Below are positions 21,691-32,760 of a stretch of 64,000 nt of DNA, piece by piece. The notes below the pieces were generated by a model. The model made no database searches, had not been told where the DNA came from, and saw only the letters and a list, made by a program, of their open reading frames with translations. A program made the position numbers and the translations under genes. How positions within the stretch are numbered: position 1 is the first letter of the stretch; each line of letters opens with the position of its first letter. This DNA is from Candidatus Babeliales bacterium. GTDB taxonomy: Bacteria; Babelota; Babeliae; Babelales; JANWKD01. The stretch covers positions 320,001-384,000 of the forward strand of contig CAVRJO010000002.1 in the NCBI GenBank assembly GCA_963722255.1, given 5' to 3'.

Positions 21691-22397
21691 ATTTTTTTTT
21701 AATTTCGTGTCTTGACAAAGGGGTTCACTATACGGTTCATAAAATTTAAAGCTTGATTTATCAAACTTGAATATTCATTATAAGCCTGTTTATTCAGAAA
21801 ACGGTCTTTGTTACCACATGACTCAATTTCAATTACTCTCATTGGATCTTCTTTAATTTTCTTGGCTTGACTGGCAAGATACCAATAATGAACATGTTGA
21901 ATTTTTTTTGCAATTGAGCCAGGCCAAACAAAATAAGGAGCCAATGCATATAAGGTTCCAAGATTAACATTATCACAAATTTGTTCTTTAACTTCTTCAG
22001 GTAGTTGATTAAAAAAATCTAGAAAGTATGGCTTCAAACTATTATTATTTTGCATCGGAAAATCATTATAGTCCTGATTTGGTTCATCAGTAAGTAACTT
22101 CGTACTTTCTGGAGCATCTAATTCATGTTGTACGTTTCCTTGTTGATCGATATATTCAAAGACTTGGTCTTCCATTGCGTAACTAAGATAAACTATATGG
22201 ATCATTAATAAAGGCACAAAAATTAAATGCATATTTTTCCTTTTATCATAAAGATTTTTTGTTAACTCTATCTGATTCATCGCAATTTTCTATACCTTGT
22301 ATTTATTTTTATAAATTTATTTCAAATATTAAAATTATTGATTTTTGATTGCTTTATTTTATAAACTTTGAATAAGATAATCGGAAAGGAAACTCAT

Positions 22398-22640
22398 ATG
22401 TACAAGAAAATAGTATTCGCTCTTATTTGTTACCCTCTTTTAACACACGCACAATTTGATATGACCATGGATCGGGTTTCAACAACAGATATTCCTACTG
22501 AATTTACACAAATTTATTATAAACCACGAAATCCAACACGAGCTACTGAAAATGTCCCTGCTCGAAGAAATCGATGGGCTCGATGTAATAAAAAAAATCT
22601 GGATATTAAAGAATACTGCCAAGACGAAGATATCGTTTAG
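22398..22640 (+). CDS. Small exported hypothetical protein
   Basis: AAGGA RBS; signal peptide ending THA. Confidence 0.6.
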   Translation: MYKKIVFALICYPLLTHAQFDMTMDRVSTTDIPTEFTQIYYKPRNPTRATENVPARRNRWARCNKKNLDIKEYCQDEDIV

Positions 22641-22727
22641 CCCAATGATTACATGTCGACTCGCAATTGCCTCTGTGCTATACTTTTTTTACTAGGATAA
22701 CTATTCAAACATAAATTATGCGAGATC

Positions 22728-23654
22728 ATGGGAAAAATTTTATTATTTTATAAATATGTCGACATCGTATATCCCGAACAGATAAGAAAATGGCAAGAAC
22801 GCCTTTGTAAGGAATTATCCCTAACAGGTAGAATTATCATCGCTCATGAAGGCATTAATGCCACCTTAGGTGGATCCACAGAGTCTATAGAAAAGTATAA
22901 ACAAGCTGTTTCTGAGCATATTTTATTTGATAAAATCGATTTCAAGGAGAGTGTAGGAGACAGCGACTATTTTCCTCGACTTCGCGTTGTTGTAAAAGAA
23001 GAAATTACCCGATTAGGACTTGATCCCAAAACTATTACTGCGCATGATGGCGGCTTACATCTTGCTCCTGAAAAAGTAGATGAACTTCTTAAAAATGCAC
23101 CTGAAAATTTTGTAATTTTTGATGCACGTAATAACTACGAATCGCGCATCGGCGCATTCCACAATGCCATTACTCCGGATATAAAAAATTTCAGAGATTT
23201 ACCACACTATATCGATGAACATCCTGAACTTTTCAAAGATAAAGAAGTTCTTATGTATTGCACAGGGGGAATTCGTTGCGAACGCGCTTCAACCTATTTA
23301 AAATCAAAAAAGTTGGCTAAAACCGTTTACCAATTAGAAGGCGGCATCCACCGTTATGCTGAAAAATTTCCTGATGGTTTTTTTAGAGGCAAAAATTATG
23401 TTTTTGATGGGAGAATAGCTGCAAAAGTTACTGATGATATTTTAACAACCTGTGATCTATGCCCTACCCATTTTGATGATTACACAAATTGCCTCAATGC
23501 TGAATGTAACAAACAGTTTATTGCCTGTGATCAATGTATTAAAAATTTTGGCAATACCTGCGGATCAGTATGTTTAGAACTTGTTCAAAATAATAAGGTT
23601 GTAATTCGAAAAATTCCAAAAAAAGTTGTTATGAATACAGTTCATTCCAAATAA
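22728..23654 (+). CDS. trhO: Rhodanese-domain tRNA uridine(34) hydroxylase (TrhO/YceA)
   Basis: EGINATL, DARNNYE, YCTGGIRCE, LEGGI, YVFDGR, C-terminal Cys cluster. Confidence 0.92.
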   Translation: MGKILLFYKYVDIVYPEQIRKWQERLCKELSLTGRIIIAHEGINATLGGSTESIEKYKQAVSEHILFDKIDFKESVGDSDYFPRLRVVVKEEITRLGLDPKTITAHDGGLHLAPEKVDELLKNAPENFVIFDARNNYESRIGAFHNAITPDIKNFRDLPHYIDEHPELFKDKEVLMYCTGGIRCERASTYLKSKKLAKTVYQLEGGIHRYAEKFPDGFFRGKNYVFDGRIAAKVTDDILTTCDLCPTHFDDYTNCLNAECNKQFIACDQCIKNFGNTCGSVCLELVQNNKVVIRKIPKKVVMNTVHSK

Positions 23655-23686
23655 TATAATTACCTAAAAATAAAGAGTTTATAACT

Positions 23687-24631
23687 ATGTACAAACAATT
23701 TCTCTTAATAACGAGTATGTTCGCCTTCTTCTCCACTACATCATTTGGTATGGAAAATGACAAATCATCCATTATCTTATTCTGTACCCCATTAATTACT
23801 CCATTGGTCATGGAAAATCCTGACCCAAACAAAAAAATTGTCAAAGCAATCGACGAAAAAGATAATAAATCATTACGAAAAGAACTTTCCAATAACACAA
23901 ATCCTAATGTTCAATTAAATAAAGAATCATTGCTTACTAGAGCAATTCAAGAAAGAAATCCTAAAGCTATAAAATTGTTGCTCAATGCCGGCGCCAATTG
24001 CACAGCATGCGATGACAATAAAAATGGTCTTTTTTGTTTTTTCATGAAATCTTTTGGAGTACATCTAAACAATAAAAAAGAAATCGCAATCCTCAAAGCA
24101 ATTGTCGATGCTGGATGTAATGTTAATACACCTCTAATAAGTAGAGTAAATGTAATGCCTTTACATAAAGCTTCCATTGACCATAAAACTCATATTATGC
24201 AACAACTTATTGAACTCAGAGCACAAGTAAATGCGCAGACTCAAAACTTATGTACACCTCTCCATCTTTGTATATCTCATGCACCATATAATGATATAGA
24301 TGGAGTACAACTTCTTATTAAAGCAGGAGCTGAAGTTAATATTCAAGATTCTAAGGGGAAAACTCCCTTACGTTATGCAGTAAACTTAAATGCACCTTAC
24401 ATCGTGAAAACACTTCTTTCTGTTCCGGGCATTAAGACATCAATTCTGAGCAAAGATGGTAAATCAGATTTAGCCATTGCTAAAAAAAAAGGACATAAAA
24501 CAATTGGCCGTTTGCTCATTCAACATTTGGGAGTCTATTCTGCTCAGGGACGCATTTCACGCCAAGGATTTGCGCAAATCTTGCCTCAAGAAATCGCAGA
24601 GCATATTGCAGCATTTTTATTTAGAGAATAA
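23687..24631 (+). CDS. Exported ankyrin protein with C-terminal F-box-like tail (copy 1)
   Basis: SFG-ME; GKTPLRYAV; LPQEIAEHIAAFL. Confidence 0.88.
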   Translation: MYKQFLLITSMFAFFSTTSFGMENDKSSIILFCTPLITPLVMENPDPNKKIVKAIDEKDNKSLRKELSNNTNPNVQLNKESLLTRAIQERNPKAIKLLLNAGANCTACDDNKNGLFCFFMKSFGVHLNNKKEIAILKAIVDAGCNVNTPLISRVNVMPLHKASIDHKTHIMQQLIELRAQVNAQTQNLCTPLHLCISHAPYNDIDGVQLLIKAGAEVNIQDSKGKTPLRYAVNLNAPYIVKTLLSVPGIKTSILSKDGKSDLAIAKKKGHKTIGRLLIQHLGVYSAQGRISRQGFAQILPQEIAEHIAAFLFRE

Positions 24632-24665
24632 ATAATCTATGGATATACCGAAAAAATTGTTAACT

Positions 24666-25553
24666 ATGCAAAAACGATTACTCTCAACAAATAGCATATT
24701 CGTCCTCTTTTTCACAGCTGCATCATTTGGTATGGAAAATAAACAAGCCATTAATAATCTTTTCTCAGCAATCGTAACTTATAATCACAAATTATTAAGA
24801 GAAGAACTTTCAAATAGTACCAACCAAAATTCTCAGCTAGATCGAGATCTTCCTTTGGACCTAGCAATTTGCTATAGAAATTATAAAGCAGTAAAATTAT
24901 TACTTAAAGCTGGTGCCAATTGCACAGCATGCTATAACAATAAAAATGGTCTCTTTTATTTTTTCATGGACTCTTTTGTCATAGATATAAGCAATAAAAA
25001 GGAAATCGCAATCCTTAAAGCCATTGTCGATGCTGGATGTAATGTTAATACACCTCTAATAAGTAGAATAAAGGTAATGCCTTTACATAAAGCTTCCATT
25101 GACAATAAGACTCATATTATGCAACAACTTATTGAACAGGGGGCTCAAATAAATGCAAAAACTTTATACAAAGCTACACCTCTCCATCTTTGTATACTTC
25201 ATGCACCAGATAATGATATCGATGGAGTACAACTTCTTATTAAAGCGGGAGCTGAAGTTAATATTAAAGCTTCTAAGGGAGAAACTCCCTTACGTTATGC
25301 AGTAAATTTAAATACACCTTACATCGTGAAAACACTTCTTTCTGTTCCGGGCATTAATACATTAATTCTGAGCAAAGATGGCAAATCAGATCTAGCGGTC
25401 GCCAAAGAAAAAGGTCACCAAGAAATTGGCCGTTTGCTTATTCAACATTTGGGAGTCTATTCTGCTCAGGGACGCATTTCACGCCAAGGATTTGCGCAAA
25501 TCTTGCCACAAGAAATTGCAGAGCATATTGCAACATTTTTATTTAGAGAATAA
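24666..25553 (+). CDS. Exported ankyrin protein with C-terminal F-box-like tail (copy 2)
   Basis: Tandem paralog; alternative start at 24639. Confidence 0.88.
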   Translation: MQKRLLSTNSIFVLFFTAASFGMENKQAINNLFSAIVTYNHKLLREELSNSTNQNSQLDRDLPLDLAICYRNYKAVKLLLKAGANCTACYNNKNGLFYFFMDSFVIDISNKKEIAILKAIVDAGCNVNTPLISRIKVMPLHKASIDNKTHIMQQLIEQGAQINAKTLYKATPLHLCILHAPDNDIDGVQLLIKAGAEVNIKASKGETPLRYAVNLNTPYIVKTLLSVPGINTLILSKDGKSDLAVAKEKGHQEIGRLLIQHLGVYSAQGRISRQGFAQILPQEIAEHIATFLFRE

Positions 25554-25587
25554 ATTATCTATGGATATACCGAAAAAATTGTTAACT

Positions 25588-26475
25588 ATGCAAAAACGAT
25601 TACTCTCAACAAATAGCATATTCGTCCTCTTTTTCACTGCTGCATCCTTTGGAATGGAAAATGGTCAATCAGTTGAAGATCTTTTCAGGGCAATAAACAA
25701 CTGTAATCATAAATTATTACGAGAAGAACTTTCAAATAGTACCAACCAAAATTCTCAGCTAGATCGAGATCTTCCTTTGGACCTAGCAATTTGCTATAGA
25801 AATTATAAAGCAGTAAAATTATTACTTAAAGCTGGTGCCAATTGCACAGCATGCTATAACAATAAAAATGGTCTCTTTTATTTTTTCATGGACTCTTTTG
25901 TCATAGATATAAGCAATAAAAAGGAAATCGCAATCCTTAAAGCCATTGTCGATGCTGGATGTAATGTTAATACACCTCTAATAAGTAGAATAAAGGTAAT
26001 GCCTTTACATAAAGCTTCCATTGACAATAAGACTCATATTATGCAACAACTTATTGAACAGGGGGCTCAAATAAATGCAAAAACTTTATACAAAGCTACA
26101 CCTCTCCATCTTTGTATACTTCATGCACCAGATAATGATATCGATGGAGTACAACTTCTTATTAAAGCGGGAGCTGAAGTTAATATTAAAGCTTCTAAGG
26201 GAGAAACTCCCTTACGTTATGCGGTAAACTTAAATGCGCCTTACATCGTGAAAACACTTCTTTCTGTTCCGGGCATTAAGACATCAATTCTGAGCAAAGA
26301 TGGCAAATCAGATCTAGCGGTCGCCAAAGAAAAAGGTCACCAAGAAATTGGCCGTTTGCTTATTCAACATTTGGGCGTCTATTCTGCTCAAGGACGTATC
26401 TCACGGCGAGGTTTCGCCCAAATCTTGCCACAAGAGATTGCTCAACACATCGCAACATTTTTATTTAGAAAATAA
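25588..26475 (+). CDS. Exported ankyrin protein with C-terminal F-box-like tail (copy 3)
   Basis: Near-identical to copy 2; alternative start at 25561. Confidence 0.88.
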   Translation: MQKRLLSTNSIFVLFFTAASFGMENGQSVEDLFRAINNCNHKLLREELSNSTNQNSQLDRDLPLDLAICYRNYKAVKLLLKAGANCTACYNNKNGLFYFFMDSFVIDISNKKEIAILKAIVDAGCNVNTPLISRIKVMPLHKASIDNKTHIMQQLIEQGAQINAKTLYKATPLHLCILHAPDNDIDGVQLLIKAGAEVNIKASKGETPLRYAVNLNAPYIVKTLLSVPGIKTSILSKDGKSDLAVAKEKGHQEIGRLLIQHLGVYSAQGRISRRGFAQILPQEIAQHIATFLFRK

Positions 26476-26482
26476 AAAAATT

Positions 26483-27466
26483 ATGCATATAACTAATTCA
26501 AAGCTTATTCAAGAACATATCCCTCTAGCTGATAAAAACTGGTTTAGAACTGGCGGCCCTGCTCGGTTTTTTGTACAACCAAACTCGGCGCAAGAATTCC
26601 AAGAAGCTTTGATCTATGCACAGCATAATAAGTTGCCAATCTTTCTTTTAGGCGAAGGCGCAAATATTTTAATTAGTGATGAAGGATTTGACGGACTTGT
26701 TATTCATCCAAAACTCAACAATCTTGAAATAAGCGATCTTGATGATGACAATGCGCTCGTTACGGCTGGCGCAGGCATTACCATGCCGGATTTAATTCAA
26801 TTTTGTCTTGAAAATAACATGAGCGGCCTTGAAGAATTTAGCGGCATTCCGGGAACCGTGGGCGGATCTGTGTATATTAATTTACATTATTTTCAGTTTC
26901 TTCTTTCACAGTTTCTTTACGAAGCTGTAGTTATTGAAAAAGCAACAGGAATGATGCATAAAGTCAATAACTCTTGGTTTAATTTTGGTTACAATAGTTC
27001 AAAATTGCAAGAAAATAATCACTATTTAGTTTCAGCTACATTTAAATTAAAAAAAATAAATGATTTAGAAACTGCCTATGCCAAAGGTAGGTCTATTGAA
27101 ATCATTCGTCATCGCGCAAGTCGATACCCCGCAAAAAATACGTGTGGAAGCTTTTTTAGAAATTTTCATGACAATGAGATAACACTTATTAGCAATGGCA
27201 AAAAACTAATTTTTGTTGCTTACTATTTAGATAAGATTGGCGTCAAAGGAGTTTTACAACATGGTGATGCGATTGTTTCATATCAACATGCAAATATGAT
27301 TGTTAACCAAGGAAAAGCAACCACTCAAGATATTATTAACGTAGCTCGTATCATGCAACAAAAAGTTTATGATAACTTTGGTATTATTCCGCAACCTGAA
27401 TGTAGATTGATTGGCTTTAAAGAATATCCATTGTTTGACTATAATTTTTATACGCCTCTATTGTAA
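26483..27466 (+). CDS. murB: UDP-N-acetylenolpyruvoylglucosamine reductase
   Basis: TGGPA, LGEGANIL, GIPGTVGG, CGSFFRN, HANMIVN. Confidence 0.95.
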   Translation: MHITNSKLIQEHIPLADKNWFRTGGPARFFVQPNSAQEFQEALIYAQHNKLPIFLLGEGANILISDEGFDGLVIHPKLNNLEISDLDDDNALVTAGAGITMPDLIQFCLENNMSGLEEFSGIPGTVGGSVYINLHYFQFLLSQFLYEAVVIEKATGMMHKVNNSWFNFGYNSSKLQENNHYLVSATFKLKKINDLETAYAKGRSIEIIRHRASRYPAKNTCGSFFRNFHDNEITLISNGKKLIFVAYYLDKIGVKGVLQHGDAIVSYQHANMIVNQGKATTQDIINVARIMQQKVYDNFGIIPQPECRLIGFKEYPLFDYNFYTPLL

Positions 27467-29960
27467 TAATATTCACTTCGATACTCAGCCTCTAAATCAA
27501 TGCTGCTCTTGTGATACATGGAACACATCACATGGCCATTATATCCAAAACAGCAAGGTGAAATATCATCTGATCTATAACAATCACTATATTCGTTAAT
27601 AACATACACTGGATGAATGAGCGCTCCCGCCAAAGCACCGATTGCAAGCCCTATTCTACCAAAGGGATACTGTTCATTCAAGGCCTTTGACTCCAAAAAT
27701 GACTTTACAACATCAACTCCAACCCCTGCCAATCCACCTGTGACGCTACCAATTCCCGCCGTAAACGGACCGACAATTCCTAGATACCATAACAACACTG
27801 GAGAAGTATAATAGCGATATAAAACTATAGCGTGTTTCCAAGCTGAACATTTTTTTTCATACAGCCTTAATCTCTTTTTTGTTTCTTTTGAAAAATTGTT
27901 ATCGCAAAGATCCAACCTACACAGCTCTCCAAGCAAAAAAGGTTCTAGATCTTTAAGGTTATTGTTAGATGCTCTTAAAATGAATCTATCACGCAAGTTA
28001 CCAATTTTTAACCGTTCTAATTTATTATAAGAAATATCGAGCTTTCTCAAATTAGGAAACAGTCTAAACAAAAATGGCACATCAAAACTTTTTAATTTGT
28101 TATTTCTAAGATCAATTTCTGTAATTAATTCACTCGAAAAAGATTCAATACCCTGCAGATTATAAAGCTGTTGACCAGATAAATTGAGTTTTGTTTCTTC
28201 TACAATCACCCTTTCTTTATCAAGATCAGCAATAGTCATAATACCAATCTCTTTATCTATTTCGATTGGAACATTAAACCTTAAGGCCCGTAACGTTAGT
28301 TTCTTACGAAACTCTTTTGGCGCCCCTATAATGAACCCCAGAAACTTGACACGATAAAATTAAAAATGTGTTAGTTTTTAATGAACATGAAAGTGAACAT
28401 TATTATCGGGGAATTTTTATGGCAAGAAGATATAAAAAACATAGTAGTTCATTCAAAGCAAAAGTAGCTATAGATGCTATTAGAGAACAAAAAACTTTAA
28501 ACGAACTAAGTCAGGAACATAGCATTGCTCCTGCACAAATCTCTATCTGGAAAAGACATGCTGAAGAAAATATGAGCAACCTTTTTGAGGGGAAACAAGA
28601 AAAGGACCAACAAGAGGAAATTGATAGGCTTTATCGAGTAATTGGTCAAATAACGGCAGAGCGTGATTTTTTAGAACGCTCGCTCAATCGATAGATTTAA
28701 AGCAGCGTAAGGAAATGGTTGAGTGTGTAAATGAAGCAATAGACTTTAAAAGAAAATGTGAACTTTTAGATGTATCGAGAGGATCGATGTATTACAAGCC
28801 TAAACCTCAAAAAAATAATGATGCAATTATTATGAATGAGCTACGTGAAATTTATCAAGAAACGCCTTCCTATGGCTATCGGCGCATGACAGTAGCTTTA
28901 AGAGAAAATGGTTTTTTGGTTAATCATAAAAAAGTTTTTATGTTGCTTAAGATAGCGGGCATCCAGGCCATTTACCCTCGCAAAAAAACAACCATACGAA
29001 ATCAGGGGCACAAAGTATTTCCTTATTTATTGCGTGGGTTGCTTATTAATCGACCAAATCAGGTTTGGCAAGTAGATATAACCTATATAAAAATACGGGG
29101 TGGTTTTGTATATTTGGTTTGCTTAATTGATGTTTTTAGTCGAAAAATCATGGGATGGAAATTGTCAATTTCTCTTGATACAGCGTTATGCATAGAGGCG
29201 TTCAATAGTGCTTTGCAACATGGTATTCCAGAAATTGTTAATAGCGACCAAGGATGTCAATTTACCAGTGCTCTGTGGGTTGAATTAGTGCAACAATATG
29301 GAATTCAAATAAGTATGGATGGTAAAGGAAGATGGGCAGATAATGTTTATATTGAGAGGCTTTGGCGTACGATAAAATATGAGATGATACATTTGCATAG
29401 CTTTGATACAGTTCAACAGGTAAGAGATGCGCTTGCAAGTTACATTGTTTTTTATAATACACGACGTTATCATTCAAAGCTTAATTATCACGCACCAGAC
29501 GCTATTTTCGCAAAAAAAATTATTCCATCTAAAAAAGAATTATTCGAAAGTTTTATAGCTTCACAAATTTATAAACTTGGAGCCGCTATGATTTAAATTT
29601 TTTTTTAATTTCGTGTCTTGACAAAGGGGTTCACTATACCCCCAAATTTCCTGCCAAATCAATAATATATTTAATCCGCTGATCGCACAATTTATTTATA
29701 TTCATATTATTTCTGACACACTCAAATAATTTAGTAAAATTTTCTATCGTATAATAACTATCCGTTTTTAATTCTATAACTTCACCAGCAACATTCATTT
29801 GATCTTGTATTACTTGGAATTTCTCAAGAAGCTTTCCTGAAACCACTAGACGTCCGTCACAAAGTTCGATCATTTCAAATTTTGGCCTATTTTGAACATT
29901 CTGCTTTTCCATACACAATGCATTAGAGAAAAAAAATAGTATGCACAATGCAACAACCAT
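27448..29960 (-). pseudogene. IS3-interrupted exported BTB/Skp1-like + LRR + TM protein
   Basis: Removing the IS and one CCCC copy joins 29960..29639 to 28322..27448 in frame (NL-GAPKEF...IGI-MTIAD); LRRs such as LRKLDISYNKL. Confidence 0.85.
28327..29638 (+). mobile_element. IS3-family insertion sequence, copy 2, with 4-bp CCCC target duplication
   Basis: Same ends and ORFs as copy 1 (OrfA 28419..28694, OrfB 28715..29596). Confidence 0.95.
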
Positions 29961-30143
29961 TATTCACCTTACTAAAATAATTTTTAAAAAAAAAACTAAT
30001 ATTTACCGTAAATTATAAAGATAATTTATAATATTGAAATAATTTAAAGATTTGCACTAAAAATTAAAACCATTGAATTTTAAACAAATAGTATGCATCA
30101 TGGAATAGTTCCCTAGTGACCCTAGACTTTGAAATTGAAAAAC

Positions 30144-31085
30144 ATGAACTTAATAAATATCTTTATATCATTCATTTTTTTAGTACATTCATCATCATTT
30201 ACAATGCAAAAAATATTTGGCCAGAAAAAGAAACAAGCGCAACAAACGAAAACTATTGGCACAAAGAAATACCTAAATGAACAACTATTTAAAAGCGTTC
30301 AATCAAGACAACGTGTGACATTAAAAAATGCTTTAAAATCTGGCGCAGATCCTAATTGTTATGATTCCAATAAACAAACACCATTAGTGCATGCTGTAAA
30401 AAAAATTGATTTTAAGTCGATAAAACTTCTACTGGATGCAGGAGCTCTTGCTACGATGGATTTACCGAGAAATATATCACTTGCACACATTCTGACCAAA
30501 GGTGAAATCAATGAAAAATCACTCAAAATATTAAAACTGCTTATTATAAATAAAGCACCTTTAAGCATACAAGCCGATACGGGCTATACGCCATTGCATT
30601 ATGCAGTTACCAATGATTTATCCACGTTTGAAAACAAACTAGCTTGCATCAATCTATTATTAGACCACAACGTCTCATGCAATGAACCTACTAATACAAA
30701 TTTGACACCCCTTCACCTTTCAATTTCGATTGCTCACAATCAAAAACTGGCTCACTACTTTGTAAACTTGAAAAATATTAAAATCAATGCAAAATCTGAT
30801 GAACGACAAACACCATTAACCTATGCTATACAATATGATCTGATTTCGATCATAATCTCATTACTAACTCAACCAAAAATAAAAACAAAAATAATTGATA
30901 GATACAACAAATCTGCATTAGAGCATGCAAAACAAAATGGCAAGAAAAAAATAGGCAGATTATTGCTTGCTCATTTAGGATTTTATTCCTATCAAGGTCT
31001 GATCGCGCAGAAAGGATTAGTTCAAATTTTTCCTAAACCAGTTGCAAGAACTATAGCAGCTGAATATATAAAAAATTGCTTTTAA
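30144..31085 (+). CDS. Exported ankyrin protein, divergent member of the 23.7-26.5 kb family
   Basis: GYTPLHYAV; tail IGRLLLAHLGFYSYQG...QIFPKPVARTIA. Confidence 0.88.
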   Translation: MNLINIFISFIFLVHSSSFTMQKIFGQKKKQAQQTKTIGTKKYLNEQLFKSVQSRQRVTLKNALKSGADPNCYDSNKQTPLVHAVKKIDFKSIKLLLDAGALATMDLPRNISLAHILTKGEINEKSLKILKLLIINKAPLSIQADTGYTPLHYAVTNDLSTFENKLACINLLLDHNVSCNEPTNTNLTPLHLSISIAHNQKLAHYFVNLKNIKINAKSDERQTPLTYAIQYDLISIIISLLTQPKIKTKIIDRYNKSALEHAKQNGKKKIGRLLLAHLGFYSYQGLIAQKGLVQIFPKPVARTIAAEYIKNCF

Positions 31086-31186
31086 AGAATCAAATGCTAA
31101 TCGCCTACGATGCTTCTTCACGCACAGAAAAAATTACCCACAACTCTCCTTTTTAAAGAGCAATGTATTATCACAAGCAATAATTC

Positions 31187-32512
31187 TTACACAGGAGCTG
31201 ATGATGATCCGGTTGAAGAAGTTGAACCAGCAGGAGTTGACCCTGAGCTTCCATTTTTCTTGTTAATAGAATCAAAAAACTCAGCATTTGTTTTATGCTT
31301 CTTCATCTTATCAATTAAGAATTCCATACCTTCCACAGTATTCATAGTTGCCAAGAATTTTCGTAAAATCCATGATTTGTTGAGTTCATCAGGCGACAAC
31401 AAGAGATCTTCCCTTCTTGTTCCAGAAATAAGTACATCAAATGCAGGAAATAGTCGGCGATTTGCTAATTTACGGCTCAGATGCATTTCCATATTACCGG
31501 TACCCTTGAACTCTTCATAGATCACTTCGTCCATTCTGGAACCAGTTTCAATAAGAGCGGTTGCGATAATAGTTAATGAACCACCTTCTTCAGTATTTCG
31601 AGCAGCACCAAAAAATCTTTTAGGGCGTTGCAATGCATTTGCATCGATACCACCAGTAAGAATTTTACCTGAAGCCGGAGCCGTTGTATTATATGCACGA
31701 GCTAAACGTGTTATTGCATCAAGAACAATTACTACATCCTTACCAACTTCAACAAATCTTTTAGCCTTTTCAAGAACCAGCTCTGCAACTTGTACATGTC
31801 GTTCTGCTGCTTCATCAAAAGTTGAACTAATTACCTCTGCATTATGCCCTTTAATTGAACGTCGCATATCTGAAACTTCTTCAGGACGTTCATCAATTAA
31901 AAGCACAATAAGATATATTTCAGGATGATTTGCCAAAATTGTCTGAGCAATTTCTTTCAACAGAACTGTTTTACCCGCTTTTGGTGGCGCAACAATCAAA
32001 CCACGTTGGCCTTTACCAATCGGGGAAAAGATGTCCATCAAACGCGTTGATATATATGTTGGGTTTGACTCTAGATTAAATTTTTTATCGGGATGCAAAG
32101 GAGTTAAGCGATCAAAAAATAGCCTATCTCCTAAAGTTAAAGGATCAACAAAATTCACCTTATCAATTTTTAATAAAGCAAAATATTTCTCGCCTTCTTT
32201 TGGCTTGCGAATAACACCACTAACGGTATCACCGGTTTTTAATCCAAAACGTCTAATCTGTGACGGAGAAACATAGATATCATCAGGCCCAGAAACATAA
32301 TCAAATTTTGCAGATCGTAAAAATCCAAAACCATCAGGAAGCTTTTCAAGCACACCTTCAACTTCTAATTCTTTATTCGGATCGTCTTGTAATTCCTTAA
32401 TTTTTTGAATCAATACTTGTTTTGACATTAATGTCGCACCGACAACACCCAATTTGCGTGCATATTGATTTAAATCAGCAAGACTCATTTTTTCTAATTC
32501 TTGCATAACCAT
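31187..32512 (-). CDS. rho: Transcription termination factor Rho
   Basis: [42 protein letters not shown]. Confidence 0.98.
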   Translation of the reverse strand: MVMQELEKMSLADLNQYARKLGVVGATLMSKQVLIQKIKELQDDPNKELEVEGVLEKLPDGFGFLRSAKFDYVSGPDDIYVSPSQIRRFGLKTGDTVSGVIRKPKEGEKYFALLKIDKVNFVDPLTLGDRLFFDRLTPLHPDKKFNLESNPTYISTRLMDIFSPIGKGQRGLIVAPPKAGKTVLLKEIAQTILANHPEIYLIVLLIDERPEEVSDMRRSIKGHNAEVISSTFDEAAERHVQVAELVLEKAKRFVEVGKDVVIVLDAITRLARAYNTTAPASGKILTGGIDANALQRPKRFFGAARNTEEGGSLTIIATALIETGSRMDEVIYEEFKGTGNMEMHLSRKLANRRLFPAFDVLISGTRREDLLLSPDELNKSWILRKFLATMNTVEGMEFLIDKMKKHKTNAEFFDSINKKNGSSGSTPAGSTSSTGSSSAPV

Positions 32513-32760
32513 AACAATAATACTCCTTAACAGAAAAACATAGGATTAACAAAACAAGTAAAAAAGAGAATTTTTTTACTTTTACAGCTCAATTATTTAC
32601 GAAATTTTTTAAGAACATCAAAAAGCGTTTATTCATTTGGAATAAATCATAAATAAACGCTCAAATTTTATTTATTTAAATCGAGAAAAAACAAGAGAAA
32701 AACTGAATTAATTATTCAACAGATTGGCTATTTTTATACTAAAATAAGGAATAATTATCG

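Larger units (their letters stand above)
20421..21732 (+). mobile_element. IS3-family insertion sequence, copy 1 (1312 bp)
   Basis: Inverted repeats TATAATGAACCCC...GGGGTTCACTATA; orfA/orfB; appears identical to copy 2. Confidence 0.95.
20096..22232 (-). pseudogene. IS3-disrupted tandem paralog of 18972..20075
   Basis: N-half 22232..21733 (FNQLPEEVKEQIC, GTLYALAPYFVWPGS) and C-half 20420..20096 (CCIGAPLKY...MVELV) both match the intact paralog. Confidence 0.85.
24639..26475 (+). repeat. Near-identical tandem duplication, period 922 bp
   Basis: ATGGATATACCGAAAAAATTG at 24639 and 25561; gene bodies almost identical. Confidence 0.9.

Noticed and set aside
25426..26482. Long N-terminal extensions on ankyrin copy 3 and murB in the ORF track
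   Set aside because: Off-frame read of the preceding gene's 3' end; better ATG starts at 25561/25588 and 26483
20421..29638. Composite transposon formed by the two IS3 copies
   Set aside because: Copy 2 has its own CCCC duplication, each copy interrupts a different gene whose halves flank it, and the outer flanks do not match
31110..31520. 136-aa plus-strand ORF and similar short antisense ORFs over atpD, bamA, cysS and the giant gene
   Set aside because: Shadow frames of well-supported opposite-strand genes
32624..32660. AGCGTTTATT...AATAAACGCT inverted repeat in the rho leader as a riboswitch or attenuator
   Set aside because: AT-rich single stem; could be the secF terminator; no further support
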